A stretch of 32,000 bases of DNA, from contig NC_009483.1 in assembly GCF_000016745.1 (NCBI RefSeq), positions 4,380,001 to 4,412,000 of the forward strand, in the 5' to 3' direction. The notes under the pieces are model-generated. The model was not told the DNA's origin and did not search any database. It saw only the letters and a program-made list of their open reading frames with translations. The translations under genes and the position numbers were made by a program. Numbering within the stretch: the first letter of the stretch is position 1; each line of letters opens with the position of its first letter. This stretch comes from Geotalea uraniireducens Rf4. Lineage in GTDB: Bacteria; Desulfobacterota; Desulfuromonadia; Geobacterales; Geobacteraceae. Of the stretch, positions 17,337 through 25,749 are shown piece after piece.

Positions 17337-18187
17337 CAGCTTTCCCTCTCTATCTCGATCCGTCGCAGCTCCGCCATGGTAATGGAAAGGCTTTCGTCAC
17401 GCATCATGGGGGAGAAAATCCGCTCCCGCCTGAGCGCCCCCTCTTCCAACCGGGCAAGGACGAAATCCTCTTCGAGGATCTTTCCCCGCTCGCTAACGCT
17501 GCCGCATGGCGCCACCGACTCCGACCCCCCCCAGAAATTCACCCCGTCCTCATAGCCGACCCGGTTGCAGTAGAGCACCCGGGAGTTAAGAAACATGGCC
17601 GTTGTGGAGGTAAGCTTCTGCCAGGCCTTGGTTGAACCGAGACTCTCATCCTCACTGATGCCGCGCCCCGGACTGCTGGAGAGACAAAGCAGGGTGGTCG
17701 CCCCGTCCATGGCCATGATGTAGGGGGCGGACAGATGCCACATGTCCTCGCAGATCAGCATCCCCATCCGGCCGTACCTGGTATCGAAAGCGCGGAACCT
17801 TTCACCGCGGGCAAGGTAGCGCTGCTCGTCGAAGAGGCCGTAGGTAGGGAGATAAACCTTGCGGTGAAGATGCTTTATTTCGCCGTCTTCCAGGTAGATT
17901 GCGGAATTGAAGAACCGGTAGTCCGAAGAAACCTCGACGAACCCGACCGCAATGGAGATCCGACGGGACAGCTCCTTCAGCCTGCCTATTTCGGGTGCAT
18001 AGAGGGAAAGCGCCACTTCCGGTACCAGGTCCTTGAGAAAATAGCCGGTCAGGGCCAGCTCGGGAAACAGAATCAGACCGGCCTGCGACTCTATTCCCCG
18101 TTCAACGGCGGCCTCAACAAGGGCAAAATTATCGGCAAGGCAGCCAAGCTTCGGCTTGATCTGCGCCAGGGCAACGGTAAAATCCAT
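17336..18187 (-). CDS. Carbon-nitrogen hydrolase (nitrilase superfamily), probable glutaminase subunit for NadE
   Basis: 283 aa. The Glu-Lys-Cys triad contexts are [18 protein letters not shown] and MLICEDMW. It is translationally coupled to nadE. Confidence 0.85.
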
Positions 18188-18314
18188 GGTATTCTCCGCA
18201 GTTTTTTCACTAAATTAACACAGCAGAAGCAGCTTGGCAAATTTTTGCCGGCTGATTCATTCAATTACTATGCAGTTTCACCACACACTGTCGACAATCC
18301 ACCATCGACCGGAG

Positions 18315-18698
18315 TCAGTACGCCAGCTCAAAGGCATCTTTGATGTGCTCAATCTCCGGCACAGCATGATCCCGCTGGAGGATGGCGACAACATCGAACC
18401 GGGCAGGGGCATCCAGAAGCATTTTCTTCGCCAGCCAGGTGAGGGCGGCCTTGGAGATCTGCCGCTGCTTGAAAGGGGTGACGGATGCTTGCGGCGGGCC
18501 GCAGGCTTCATTCCTGCGGGTCTTCACCTCAACAAAGACTATGGTCTTGCCGTCTCTGGCTATAATGTCGACCTCACCACACTTACAACGGAAGTTTCGT
18601 TCAACAATGGCGTATTTCCGCCCTTTCAGATAGCAAACGGCGATCGCCTCACCCTGCTCGCCGAGGCTCTTGTTATCTGCCCTATCCTCACTCCTCAC
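18315..18698 (-). CDS. yraN: YraN-family (UPF0102) endonuclease-like protein
   Basis: 127 aa. The family core is GEQGEAIAVCYLKGRKYAIVERNFRCKCGEVDIIARDGKTIVFVEVKTR. The GTG start at 18698 lies inside the heptad array and overlaps the rnhB TGA. Confidence 0.85.
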   Translation of the reverse strand: MRSEDRADNKSLGEQGEAIAVCYLKGRKYAIVERNFRCKCGEVDIIARDGKTIVFVEVKTRRNEACGPPQASVTPFKQRQISKAALTWLAKKMLLDAPARFDVVAILQRDHAVPEIEHIKDAFELAY

Positions 18699-18712
18699 TC
18701 CTCACTCCTCAC
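18685..18712. repeat. Heptanucleotide tandem repeat (TCCTCAC)x4, which reads (GTGAGGA)x4 on the transcribed minus strand
   Basis: Direct reading shows four perfect units. The rnhB stop (18695-18697) and the yraN GTG start (18696-18698) are both inside the array. Confidence 0.95.
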
Positions 18713-19345
18713 GTACTCTTTAACGCCACGAAAAGTCTTTCGGTGAATGGCACAGGGCCCAAGCTCGGCAATGGCCGCCATGTGCGAGACGCAGCCGTAC
18801 CCCTTATGAGCGGCAAAGCCGTAGCCGGGAAACCGGGTTTCGTAATCCATCATCAGCCGGTCACGGGAGACCTTGGCGATAATCGAGGCTGCAGCAATGG
18901 ATAGGCTCAGGCTGTCGCCTTTTTTTATGGTCTTTTGGGGGATGGAAAGGGGAACCTTGGAGATGCCGTCAATGAGCAGATAGTCGGGTGGAATACATAG
19001 CATTGATACCGCCTGTTTCATGGCGGCAAGGGTGGCCTGCAGGATGTTGATCTCGTCGATGAGGCCTGCATCGCTGCTGCCGACCCCGACCGCAGATGCG
19101 GAAGCCATGATGAGATCGAACAGTTCGTTCCTCTTGACTGGGGAGAGCTTTTTTGAGTCATTTACTCCTGGAAGTTCGACTCCATTGGGCAGTATGACAG
19201 CGGCCGCCACTACCGGACCGGCCAGCGGTCCGCGGCCGGCCTCGTCAATGCCGGCAATGCATGCGTATCCCTGGCGTCGAACCAGCGATTCGAATTCCAG
19301 CAGGGACGGCCTCTCTTCACAGGGGAACAGATTCAAAGTCTTCAT
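18695..19345 (-). CDS. rnhB: Ribonuclease HII
   Basis: 216 aa. It has the active-site motif GIDEAGRGPLAGPVV and the RNase HII family layout. Confidence 0.92.
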   Translation of the reverse strand: MKTLNLFPCEERPSLLEFESLVRRQGYACIAGIDEAGRGPLAGPVVAAAVILPNGVELPGVNDSKKLSPVKRNELFDLIMASASAVGVGSSDAGLIDEINILQATLAAMKQAVSMLCIPPDYLLIDGISKVPLSIPQKTIKKGDSLSLSIAAASIIAKVSRDRLMMDYETRFPGYGFAAHKGYGCVSHMAAIAELGPCAIHRKTFRGVKEYVRSEE

Positions 19346-19381
19346 ATGAATCCAGGAAAGGTGTAAAGTGAACGGTTAACA

Positions 19382-19413
19382 TCAAAAGCAAAAGCCCCGG
19401 CACTGCCGGGGCT
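19382..19413 (-). terminator. Rho-independent terminator between rplS and rnhB
   Basis: The minus strand reads AGCCCCGGC-AGT-GCCGGGGCT, a 9-bp GC-rich stem with a 3-nt loop. It is followed by TTTGCTTTTGAT. Confidence 0.6.
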
Positions 19414-19549
19414 CCTTCGCGTTCTTATTCCAATGCCAAATCAAGGCGCTATCTTCGTTGGCTCGTCTTCGGCTCCTCAACGTACTATCTGTACGCTTCG
19501 TCGCCTCACTCCTCGCCGCCTCGATTTCATCCTTGATTTGAAATTGGAA

Positions 19550-19906
19550 TTACATGCCTGCCACGTATTTCTTTTCCTTGATTCGCGATGCCTTACCGCG
19601 CAGCTTGCGCAGATAGTAAAGCTTGGCACGACGGACCTGGCCGCGGGTTATCACCTCGATGGCGTCAACGGACGGCGAGTGGAGGGGGAAACTTCTCTCT
19701 ACGCCGATCCCGTTGGAAATCTTGCGCACAGTGAAGGACTCGCGGATTCCGCCGTTCTGACGGCCGATCACCACACCCTGGAAGACCTGAATACGGCTCT
19801 TGTCACCTTCAACGATCTTCACGTGGACCTTCACCGTATCACCGGGTCTGAACACGGGGATGTTTTTCTTCATCTGCTCCATTTCAATAAAATCGATCTT
19901 GTTCAT
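19550..19906 (-). CDS. rplS: 50S ribosomal protein L19
   Basis: 118 aa, beginning [34 protein letters not shown]... This is a canonical L19. A strong SD (GGGAGGAAG) precedes it. Confidence 0.95.
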   Translation of the reverse strand: MNKIDFIEMEQMKKNIPVFRPGDTVKVHVKIVEGDKSRIQVFQGVVIGRQNGGIRESFTVRKISNGIGVERSFPLHSPSVDAIEVITRGQVRRAKLYYLRKLRGKASRIKEKKYVAGM

Positions 19907-19993
19907 TTTTTTCTTCCTCCCTTATCTATGCAGCCAGAGCTTTATTTAATATGCAGAATTACCTGTGAATTCTGTTGCCATTCTTCATTTTTT

Positions 19994-20056
19994 CAACCAT
20001 CAACCATCAACCATCAACCATCAACCATCAACCATCAACCATCAACCATCAACCGC
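19994..20056. repeat. Heptanucleotide tandem repeat (CAACCAT)x8 plus one imperfect unit, which reads (ATGGTTG)n on the transcribed minus strand
   Basis: Direct reading shows eight perfect units at 19994-20049, then CAACCGC. The array begins 5 nt after the TAG stop of the upstream gene (20061) and lies ~90 nt upstream of the rplS start. Confidence 0.95.
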
Positions 20057-20060
20057 ATTG

Positions 20061-20642
20061 CTATCGTTCGCCAAGCAGCCGGTCGAGGATGATGGCTGCC
20101 GCCGAGCGGACAGACAGATGGTTATAGGTGCCGCGCCCCTTGATCGGCTCCAGGACGTAATCGGCCCGGTTGAAAATTTCTTCCGTCATTCCCCACCCAG
20201 TACCAAACAGCAGCAGATAGGGCTGAGCTGCATCCCGGAAGAGTTCTCCTAGCTGGGCAGAAGAGATGCTGTTCGCGCGCCCCTGGGCACCGGTGACAAC
20301 AATCTTCGCCCTCTTGCCGTGACTCTTTTCCAGGTCATCAAGAGCCATATCCAGGGAATCGACAACCTGCATAAGCTCAAGGGCCGCCTTGCGCTTGGGA
20401 TTGTAGGTGGCGCCCCAGCCGTCCAGCCAGTGAGACCTGATCCGTTCCGACAGAGTGCGCTGTTCCGCTACCGGCGTTATCACATAGTAGCGATACAGGC
20501 CGAAGGTCTTGGCTGAACGGGCAATGTCGTGCAGGTCGAGATTGGTTACCGCAGTGGCCACGACCTGTTGATTTTTGTCGTATACCGGGTAATGGAGCAG
20601 GGCAATGCTCACATTCGGAGCGGTTGGAAGATTATCCGTCAC
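20061..20642 (-). CDS. Predicted SAM-dependent RNA methyltransferase (SPOUT-like, Methyltrn_RNA_4-type) inserted between trmD and rplS
   Basis: 193 aa. The call rests on my recollection of a family of trmD-linked predicted RNA methyltransferases and on its position, overlapping the trmD 3' end by 11 nt. I cannot verify any diagnostic motif by eye. Confidence 0.45.
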   Translation of the reverse strand: MTDNLPTAPNVSIALLHYPVYDKNQQVVATAVTNLDLHDIARSAKTFGLYRYYVITPVAEQRTLSERIRSHWLDGWGATYNPKRKAALELMQVVDSLDMALDDLEKSHGKRAKIVVTGAQGRANSISSAQLGELFRDAAQPYLLLFGTGWGMTEEIFNRADYVLEPIKGRGTYNHLSVRSAAAIILDRLLGER

Positions 20643-21375
20643 TGCCGGCTACCCTTTGCAATTCCTCAAGATATTCCCTGTCGCTTGCAGAGAGATGCGC
20701 ATCCGTCAGCAGATCCGGCCTCGATGCGGCGGTGCGGCCCAGAGACTGTCGGCGCCGCCACTTGGCGATCTCCTGATGGTTGCCGGATAAAAGCACGCTC
20801 GGCACGCCCAGTCCCCGAAATTCCGCCGGCCGCGTATACTGGGGGTATTCGAGAAGACCATCGGCAAATGAATCATTCACGGCAGACTCGTCACTCCCCA
20901 AAACACCGGGAACAAAACGGGAAACAGCGTCAACGAGCACCATGGCCGCCATCTCGCCGCCGGTCAGGACAAAGTCGCCGATGGATATCTCGTCGTCAAC
21001 GAACAGTTCCCTGACCCGTTCATCCACCCCCTCGTACCGGCCGCAGATGATAATCAGCGCTTCTTCACGAGCCAGCTCTTCCGCCACAGCATGGTTGAAG
21101 GAACGCCCCCGCGGGGTGGTAAGGATGACACGCGCCCTGGGACTGCCTACCTTGGCATGTTCAATACATGCCGCAAGGGGCTCCACTTTCATCACCATCC
21201 CTGCGCCGCCACCGTAAGGGTAATCGTCCGTTACGCTGTGCCGATCAAAGGCAAAATCCCGAATGTTATGGAGTTTTACCTCAATAAGTCCCTTCTCGGC
21301 AGCGCGCTTGAGAATGCTTTCCGTTAACGGACCATCAAACATGGCGGGAAAGAGCGTCAAAATATCGAATTTCAT
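20632..21375 (-). CDS. trmD: tRNA (guanine37-N1)-methyltransferase
   Basis: 247 aa. It begins [17 protein letters not shown] and contains [10 protein letters not shown] and LTGGE motifs. Confidence 0.95.
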   Translation of the reverse strand: MKFDILTLFPAMFDGPLTESILKRAAEKGLIEVKLHNIRDFAFDRHSVTDDYPYGGGAGMVMKVEPLAACIEHAKVGSPRARVILTTPRGRSFNHAVAEELAREEALIIICGRYEGVDERVRELFVDDEISIGDFVLTGGEMAAMVLVDAVSRFVPGVLGSDESAVNDSFADGLLEYPQYTRPAEFRGLGVPSVLLSGNHQEIAKWRRRQSLGRTAASRPDLLTDAHLSASDREYLEELQRVAGSDG

Positions 21376-21896
21376 AGATCGAGCAGCCCCTCGGGCAGGC
21401 TGACTGTCATACGTTTTGCATCCGAATCCACATCCAGCACAACATCCGCCAGGGCAGGAATGAGTATCTCCCGTCCGCTCCCCTGGACCACATAAACGTC
21501 ATTACTACCGGTCACGATAATATCCACCAGTTCTCCGAGAGACTCCCCCTCTTCGGTTACCACCTGCAACCCCAAAAGGTCGCACCAGTAATACTCGTCT
21601 TCGGGAAGTTCCGGCAACTGCTCGCGCAGGGCGTACAATTCTCGCCCCACCAGATGAAGCACCTGATTTATATTATCAAACGCCTTAAGGGTAATAATGA
21701 CCTTTTTGCCGTGGGCCTTGGAAGCCGCAACTGCAAAGATTTCCATCTCCCCGCCAGGCTTTTTCACCATAATCGATCGCAATGTCAGCAGGCTATCCAC
21801 GTCGCCGGAAAAGGGGGTGATACGCAATTGCCCCCTGACCCCGTGTGTTGCCGAGACCTTACCGATCAGAACTGTTTCGTTACCGCTGGACATCAC
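21372..21896 (-). CDS. rimM: 16S rRNA processing protein RimM
   Basis: 174 aa. It has the [16 protein letters not shown]-terminal PRC-barrel family signature. Both ends overlap neighbouring genes by 4 nt. Confidence 0.9.
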   Translation of the reverse strand: MMSSGNETVLIGKVSATHGVRGQLRITPFSGDVDSLLTLRSIMVKKPGGEMEIFAVAASKAHGKKVIITLKAFDNINQVLHLVGRELYALREQLPELPEDEYYWCDLLGLQVVTEEGESLGELVDIIVTGSNDVYVVQGSGREILIPALADVVLDVDSDAKRMTVSLPEGLLDL

Positions 21897-22123
21897 TCTA
21901 CTATCTTCAGGACCGCCTTCTTGTTATCCTTTGTTGAAACAGCGTTGAGCAGGGTACGAATAGCCTTCGCCGTCCGCCCCTCTTTGCCGATAATCCTGCC
22001 CATGTCTTCTTTCGCCACAGTCAGCTTGATAACGGTAGTCTCTTCCTCCATCTCCTCGGTTGCTCTTACCTGATTGGGGTCGTCAACAAGTGCTTTAGCG
22101 ATGGTTTCTACGAGCTCTTTCAT
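21893..22123 (-). CDS. KH-domain RNA-binding protein (YlqC/UPF0109)
   Basis: 76 aa. It has the GRIIGKEGRTAKAIRTLL KH motif and the conserved position between rpsP and rimM. Confidence 0.9.
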   Translation of the reverse strand: MKELVETIAKALVDDPNQVRATEEMEEETTVIKLTVAKEDMGRIIGKEGRTAKAIRTLLNAVSTKDNKKAVLKIVE

Positions 22124-22177
22124 GTCGCTGTCCTCTGTAAGTGTAGAATGTCCGGCGTGCCGGCGGAAAAAACAGGA

Positions 22178-22444
22178 TTATGCAAGCTTGGAAACGAATT
22201 TTTCCCAGATACCGGCTTTTTTGAGGATCTGCTTGACGGTATCGGTAGGCTGTGCGCCCTTGCCAAGCCATTCAAGAGTCTTTGCCTCTTCCAGCTTGAA
22301 GACGGCAGGGTTCTGGTTCGGGTCATAGGTTCCGACATTTTCAATGAAACGGCCGTCCCGCTTGCAACGTTCGTCTGCAACCACAACCTGATAGAATGGT
22401 TTTCTCTTTGCGCCGGCGCGTGCCAGCCTGATTTTTGTTGCCAT
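22178..22444 (-). CDS. rpsP: 30S ribosomal protein S16
   Basis: 88 aa, beginning [24 protein letters not shown]... This is a canonical S16. Confidence 0.95.
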   Translation of the reverse strand: MATKIRLARAGAKRKPFYQVVVADERCKRDGRFIENVGTYDPNQNPAVFKLEEAKTLEWLGKGAQPTDTVKQILKKAGIWEKFVSKLA

Positions 22445-22494
22445 TTCTTCCTCCTGGTATTATCACGGCCTCTGCCGCAACTTTGTGTTTAGTA

Positions 22495-23844
22495 TTAAAA
22501 GGGAAACATCCCTTTTCCCATTCCCTTCATAAGCCCTTTGGGGCCGAGCTTCTGCAACTGCTTGACCACTTTTTGCGCCTCGGTGAAGCGCTTGAGGAGC
22601 TGGTTGACCTCCTGCACGGAAGTACCACTCCCCTTGGCAATGCGTAACCGCCGGCTGCCGTTGATGATGGAGTGGTTTGCCCGCTCCGCGCGGGTCATGG
22701 AATCGATGATCGCCTCGATCCGCTTCAACTCCCTCTCGCTCGGCTGGGCGCCCTGCATCTGCTTCATCATCTTGCCCATACCGGGGATCATCCCCATGAT
22801 CGACTCGAGGGAGCCCATCTTCTTCAATTGTTGGAGCTGGCCCTTGAAATCATCCAGATCAAAATTGCTTTTCTTCAGCTTCTTCTGGAGACGCTCGGCC
22901 TCCGTTGCATCGAAGGTGGACTGGGCCTTCTCAATAAGGGTCAGCACATCCCCCATACCGAGAATGCGCGACACGAGACGGTCCGCATGGAACACCTCGA
23001 GCGCGTCCAGCTTTTCCCCTAGCCCGACGAATTTTACCGGCTTGCCGCTGACCGCCTTGATGGAAAGGGCCGCGCCCCCCTTAGCATCGCCGTCCAGCTT
23101 GGTAAGAACAACGCCCGTGATGCCGAGACGCTCGTCAAAGCCGGCCGCGACGTTGACCGCTTCCTGGCCGGTCATGGCATCCGCAACGAAGAGGATTTCG
23201 CGGGGATCGACCGCATCACGGATATGGACCAGTTCATCCATCAGATATTCATCGATCTGATGACGGCCTGCTGTATCGAAGATCACCGTGTCGAAGCCGG
23301 ACAGCTCTGCGTACTTCAAGGCATTGCGACAGATATCGAGCGGCTTCTGGTCCGCCTGAGAATCATACACCTCGATCGACAGCTGCCGCCCAAGGGTTTT
23401 CAGCTGCTCGATAGCCGCCGGACGGTAGACATCGGCAGGAACCATCAGCGGTTTTCTCCGCTGCGCCTTCAGGTACCTGGCCAGCTTGCCGCAGGTAGTG
23501 GTCTTGCCGGCGCCCTGAAGGCCCACCATCATAATGGCAACCGGCGGCTTGGCCGCCAGATCGAGGCTGTTATCCTCACCACCCCCCATGAGACTGACCA
23601 GCTCGTCATGGACAATCTTGACCACCTGCTGGCCCGGCGAAAGGCTTTGCAAAACCTGGGTGCCGACCGCTTTTTCCCGGACACGCTCGACAAAATCCTT
23701 GACGACCTTGAAATTCACGTCCGCCTCAAGGAGCGCCAGACGCACTTCACGCAGGGCATCCTTGATATTCTCCTCGGTCATCACACCATGGCCGCGGAGC
23801 TTCTTAAAGACCAGATCAAGTTTATCGGAAAGGCTTTCGAACAT
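22495..23844 (-). CDS. ffh: Signal recognition particle protein Ffh
   Basis: 449 aa. The SRP54 N/G domain has GLQGAGKTTTCGKLA, DTAGR and TKLDGD motifs. A Met-rich M domain follows (MGMIPGMGKMMKQMQG). Confidence 0.95.
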   Translation of the reverse strand: MFESLSDKLDLVFKKLRGHGVMTEENIKDALREVRLALLEADVNFKVVKDFVERVREKAVGTQVLQSLSPGQQVVKIVHDELVSLMGGGEDNSLDLAAKPPVAIMMVGLQGAGKTTTCGKLARYLKAQRRKPLMVPADVYRPAAIEQLKTLGRQLSIEVYDSQADQKPLDICRNALKYAELSGFDTVIFDTAGRHQIDEYLMDELVHIRDAVDPREILFVADAMTGQEAVNVAAGFDERLGITGVVLTKLDGDAKGGAALSIKAVSGKPVKFVGLGEKLDALEVFHADRLVSRILGMGDVLTLIEKAQSTFDATEAERLQKKLKKSNFDLDDFKGQLQQLKKMGSLESIMGMIPGMGKMMKQMQGAQPSERELKRIEAIIDSMTRAERANHSIINGSRRLRIAKGSGTSVQEVNQLLKRFTEAQKVVKQLQKLGPKGLMKGMGKGMFPF

Positions 23845-23929
23845 CTAAACTCTGCTGTAATTTCAAACTGTTATGTGACGATTTTGTCACGCCATGCAAA
23901 ACGCGCAATTTACCACTTGTAAAGGGGTA

Positions 23930-23959
23930 ACTTTAGTAGAAAGTCCAGCTTTTTGTCAA
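23930..23959 (-). promoter_or_regulatory. Candidate sigma-70 promoter upstream of ffh
   Basis: The minus strand reads TTGACA (23959-23954), an 18-nt spacer, then TAAAGT (23935-23930). Confidence 0.35.
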
Positions 23960-23985
23960 GATAAAATTCACTTATGCATTTCTAT

Positions 23986-24567
23986 TCAGACCCGAATCAC
24001 GGAACGCGCCTGCAACATGCTTTCGGCAATGGTGAACATGTTGGTCACCGTGCCGGCAGCCAGCTTGTCCTTACGATGAAAGAAATCGAGACAGACCCCG
24101 CAGGAAAAAATCTCCACCCCCCGATTTCCAAGCTTTTCCAAGGCTTCGATCACTTCGGAACCTTCGGTGGTCAAAAGCACGCCGGTATTGACAAACAGCA
24201 TCAGGTCGGGAACGTCTGTCACATCGAGCAGGGTTATGATGAAATTTTTCATCAGGAGTCGTCCCAACTCCTCAGGGCCATCACCCAGCCGGTCAGCGGC
24301 GACCAGCATGACAGTCTTACCCCCTATGCTCACGACACCTTCCTTCGCTTGCTGCTGCGTCCCTGAAATGACCAGAGAGAACGCCCCGCCGACGACCGTT
24401 TCCTCGACTTCAAGCCCACGGTTTGCGGCAAAGCGGCCGACATTTTCCCGTGGCGCCCCGTCATCGAGCAATACATTCAGCGGCTCTCCCGGATTCTCTT
24501 CCAAAGCCCGTTTCACCATCACAACCGGTTGCGGACAAGCCATATTTCTGCAATCAATGGTTTTCAA
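23986..24567 (-). CDS. yedF: YedF-like protein (TusA/SirA-type sulfur/selenium carrier domain fused to a DsrE-like domain)
   Basis: 193 aa. The N-terminus has the TusA motif IDCRNMACPQPVVMVKRAL. The C-terminal ~110 aa domain has the length and architecture of selenium-metabolism protein YedF. Confidence 0.7.
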   Translation of the reverse strand: MKTIDCRNMACPQPVVMVKRALEENPGEPLNVLLDDGAPRENVGRFAANRGLEVEETVVGGAFSLVISGTQQQAKEGVVSIGGKTVMLVAADRLGDGPEELGRLLMKNFIITLLDVTDVPDLMLFVNTGVLLTTEGSEVIEALEKLGNRGVEIFSCGVCLDFFHRKDKLAAGTVTNMFTIAESMLQARSVIRV

Positions 24568-24594
24568 CCTTTCCTCCCAATCAGTCTCACAGGG

Positions 24595-24855
24595 TCAACA
24601 ACCCTCCACTTTTTCGTATCGATCATTCCGCTTCACATACAATTCAGCCGGCTGAAGTCCTTCCTCCGCCAGCACCATCTCCACCGAATCCTTAATATCG
24701 GTGCCATACCTGATGGCAAGGCCGCAATCGGATTGTAACGCCCGTGGCACCGGAATGAGAAGAATTCCCAACCTCCGCCCCTTCAATATCTTTTCAGCTT
24801 TCATCACCCGATGGATGGAGTTGAAAACAGCCACATAATCACCGTCTCGGACCAA
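24595..24855 (-). CDS. DUF3343-like small protein (putative S/Se carrier-associated)
   Basis: 86 aa with an apparent TTG start. The pattern AVFNSIHRVMKAEKILKGRRLGILLIPVPRALQSDCGLAIRY matches my recollection of DUF3343. It sits immediately upstream of yedF, which is a common pairing. Confidence 0.55.
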   Translation of the reverse strand: MVRDGDYVAVFNSIHRVMKAEKILKGRRLGILLIPVPRALQSDCGLAIRYGTDIKDSVEMVLAEEGLQPAELYVKRNDRYEKVEGC

Positions 24856-24933
24856 TATCGTACCCTTTCACGAAGTAAACCGATTGCTGCACAATTTTAC
24901 ACAGGGACGTCAACTTTTCAAGCAATAAGCGCA

Positions 24934-24962
24934 TTGACAAAAACATGCTAAATTCATACTAT
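24934..24962 (+). promoter_or_regulatory. Candidate sigma-70 promoter
   Basis: TTGACA (24934-24939), a 17-nt spacer, then TACTAT (24957-24962). It lies just upstream of a GAGAGGTAGAGA SD and the ATG at 24981. Confidence 0.45.
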
Positions 24963-24980
24963 ACCGCCGAGAGGTAGAGA

Positions 24981-25238
24981 ATGCATCCTGTTTTATTATT
25001 CTTAGGGATTATGGCGCTGGCCTGCATCATTAACCTGCCGTTCGGCTATCTGCGCCAGAATTACGAGAAGTTCACCTTCGGCTGGTATTTTTATGTCCAC
25101 ATCTCGATACCGATCATTATCTACCTGCGGATAAAGTCGGGATTCAGCTGGAAGCTTATCCCACTGACGCTGGGGAGCGCAGTTGCCGGTCAATTGATCG
25201 GCGGAAAACTTAACAAGAAAAGGAAATCCCTTGGCTGA
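24981..25238 (+). CDS. Small integral membrane protein (85 aa), function unknown
   Basis: Three hydrophobic segments and a basic C-terminal tail (KLNKKRKSLG). A good promoter and SD lie upstream. Confidence 0.55.
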   Translation: MHPVLLFLGIMALACIINLPFGYLRQNYEKFTFGWYFYVHISIPIIIYLRIKSGFSWKLIPLTLGSAVAGQLIGGKLNKKRKSLG

Positions 25239-25710
25239 AAAACGCCCGAAGATGCCCCGGCCGGCAGCCGTTGCCGACCTCCTTGCCGAAATCTTTCAGG
25301 GCAAACCGGTGGGGAAACGGCTGAATGAGGGAAAGATCTGGCTTGTCTGGGAGATAGCCGTTGGAGAGCAGATAGCGGCCCGCGCGAGACCGACCGGTTT
25401 CCGTGACGGTGTTCTGACCGTGACTGTGGACAGCGCCCCCTGGATGCAGCAGTTGAGCTACCTGAAAAAGCAGATCATCGCCAAGCTGAACAAGAGGCTC
25501 GGCGAAGAACTGGTAAAAGATATTTTTCTCCGAGCTGGAAGTAGGGAAGAGTCTGTCCCACAGCCAACTGCACTGAGAAAAAAAGCAAGACCCCTCTCCA
25601 GCGAAGAAAAGGAAAAAATTGCCGAATACTCTTCGGCAATAGCCGACTCTGAACTACGCGGTGCATTTGCCAGCCTGGTGGCGCGACATAAGGCCGACCG
25701 GGAAGAGTAA
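25231..25710 (+). CDS. DUF721/DciA-like protein
   Basis: About 150 aa. The core VGEQIAARARPTGFRDGVLTVTVDSAPWMQQLSYLKKQIIAKLNKRLG is typical of DUF721. The start is either the TTG at 25231 or the ATG at 25252. Confidence 0.65.
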   Translation: MAEKRPKMPRPAAVADLLAEIFQGKPVGKRLNEGKIWLVWEIAVGEQIAARARPTGFRDGVLTVTVDSAPWMQQLSYLKKQIIAKLNKRLGEELVKDIFLRAGSREESVPQPTALRKKARPLSSEEKEKIAEYSSAIADSELRGAFASLVARHKADREE

Positions 25711-25749
25711 ATCGCGTGGCTTAACTGAACTTACGTTGCAGAGTAAATC

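Noticed and set aside
18228-18250. TTGGCAAATTTTTGCC looked like a sigma-54 -24/-12 element or a terminator between yraN and the C-N hydrolase gene.
   Set aside because: GG and GC are separated by 9 nt rather than 10 on both strands. As a hairpin it has only a 6-bp AT-rich stem with no T-tail. The evidence is insufficient for either call.
19994-20056. Possible CRISPR array or minisatellite at the 8-unit repeat.
   Set aside because: The units are 7 nt and directly abutting with no spacers. No cas genes are in the window. It is a simple tandem repeat, not a CRISPR array.
19433-20092. 219-aa plus-strand ORF that translates the heptad array as STINHQPSTINHQP... and overlaps rplS in antisense.
   Set aside because: It is antisense to canonical L19. 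The repetitive peptide is a by-product of translating a 7-nt repeat (a 21-nt, 7-aa period). No promoter or SD is present.
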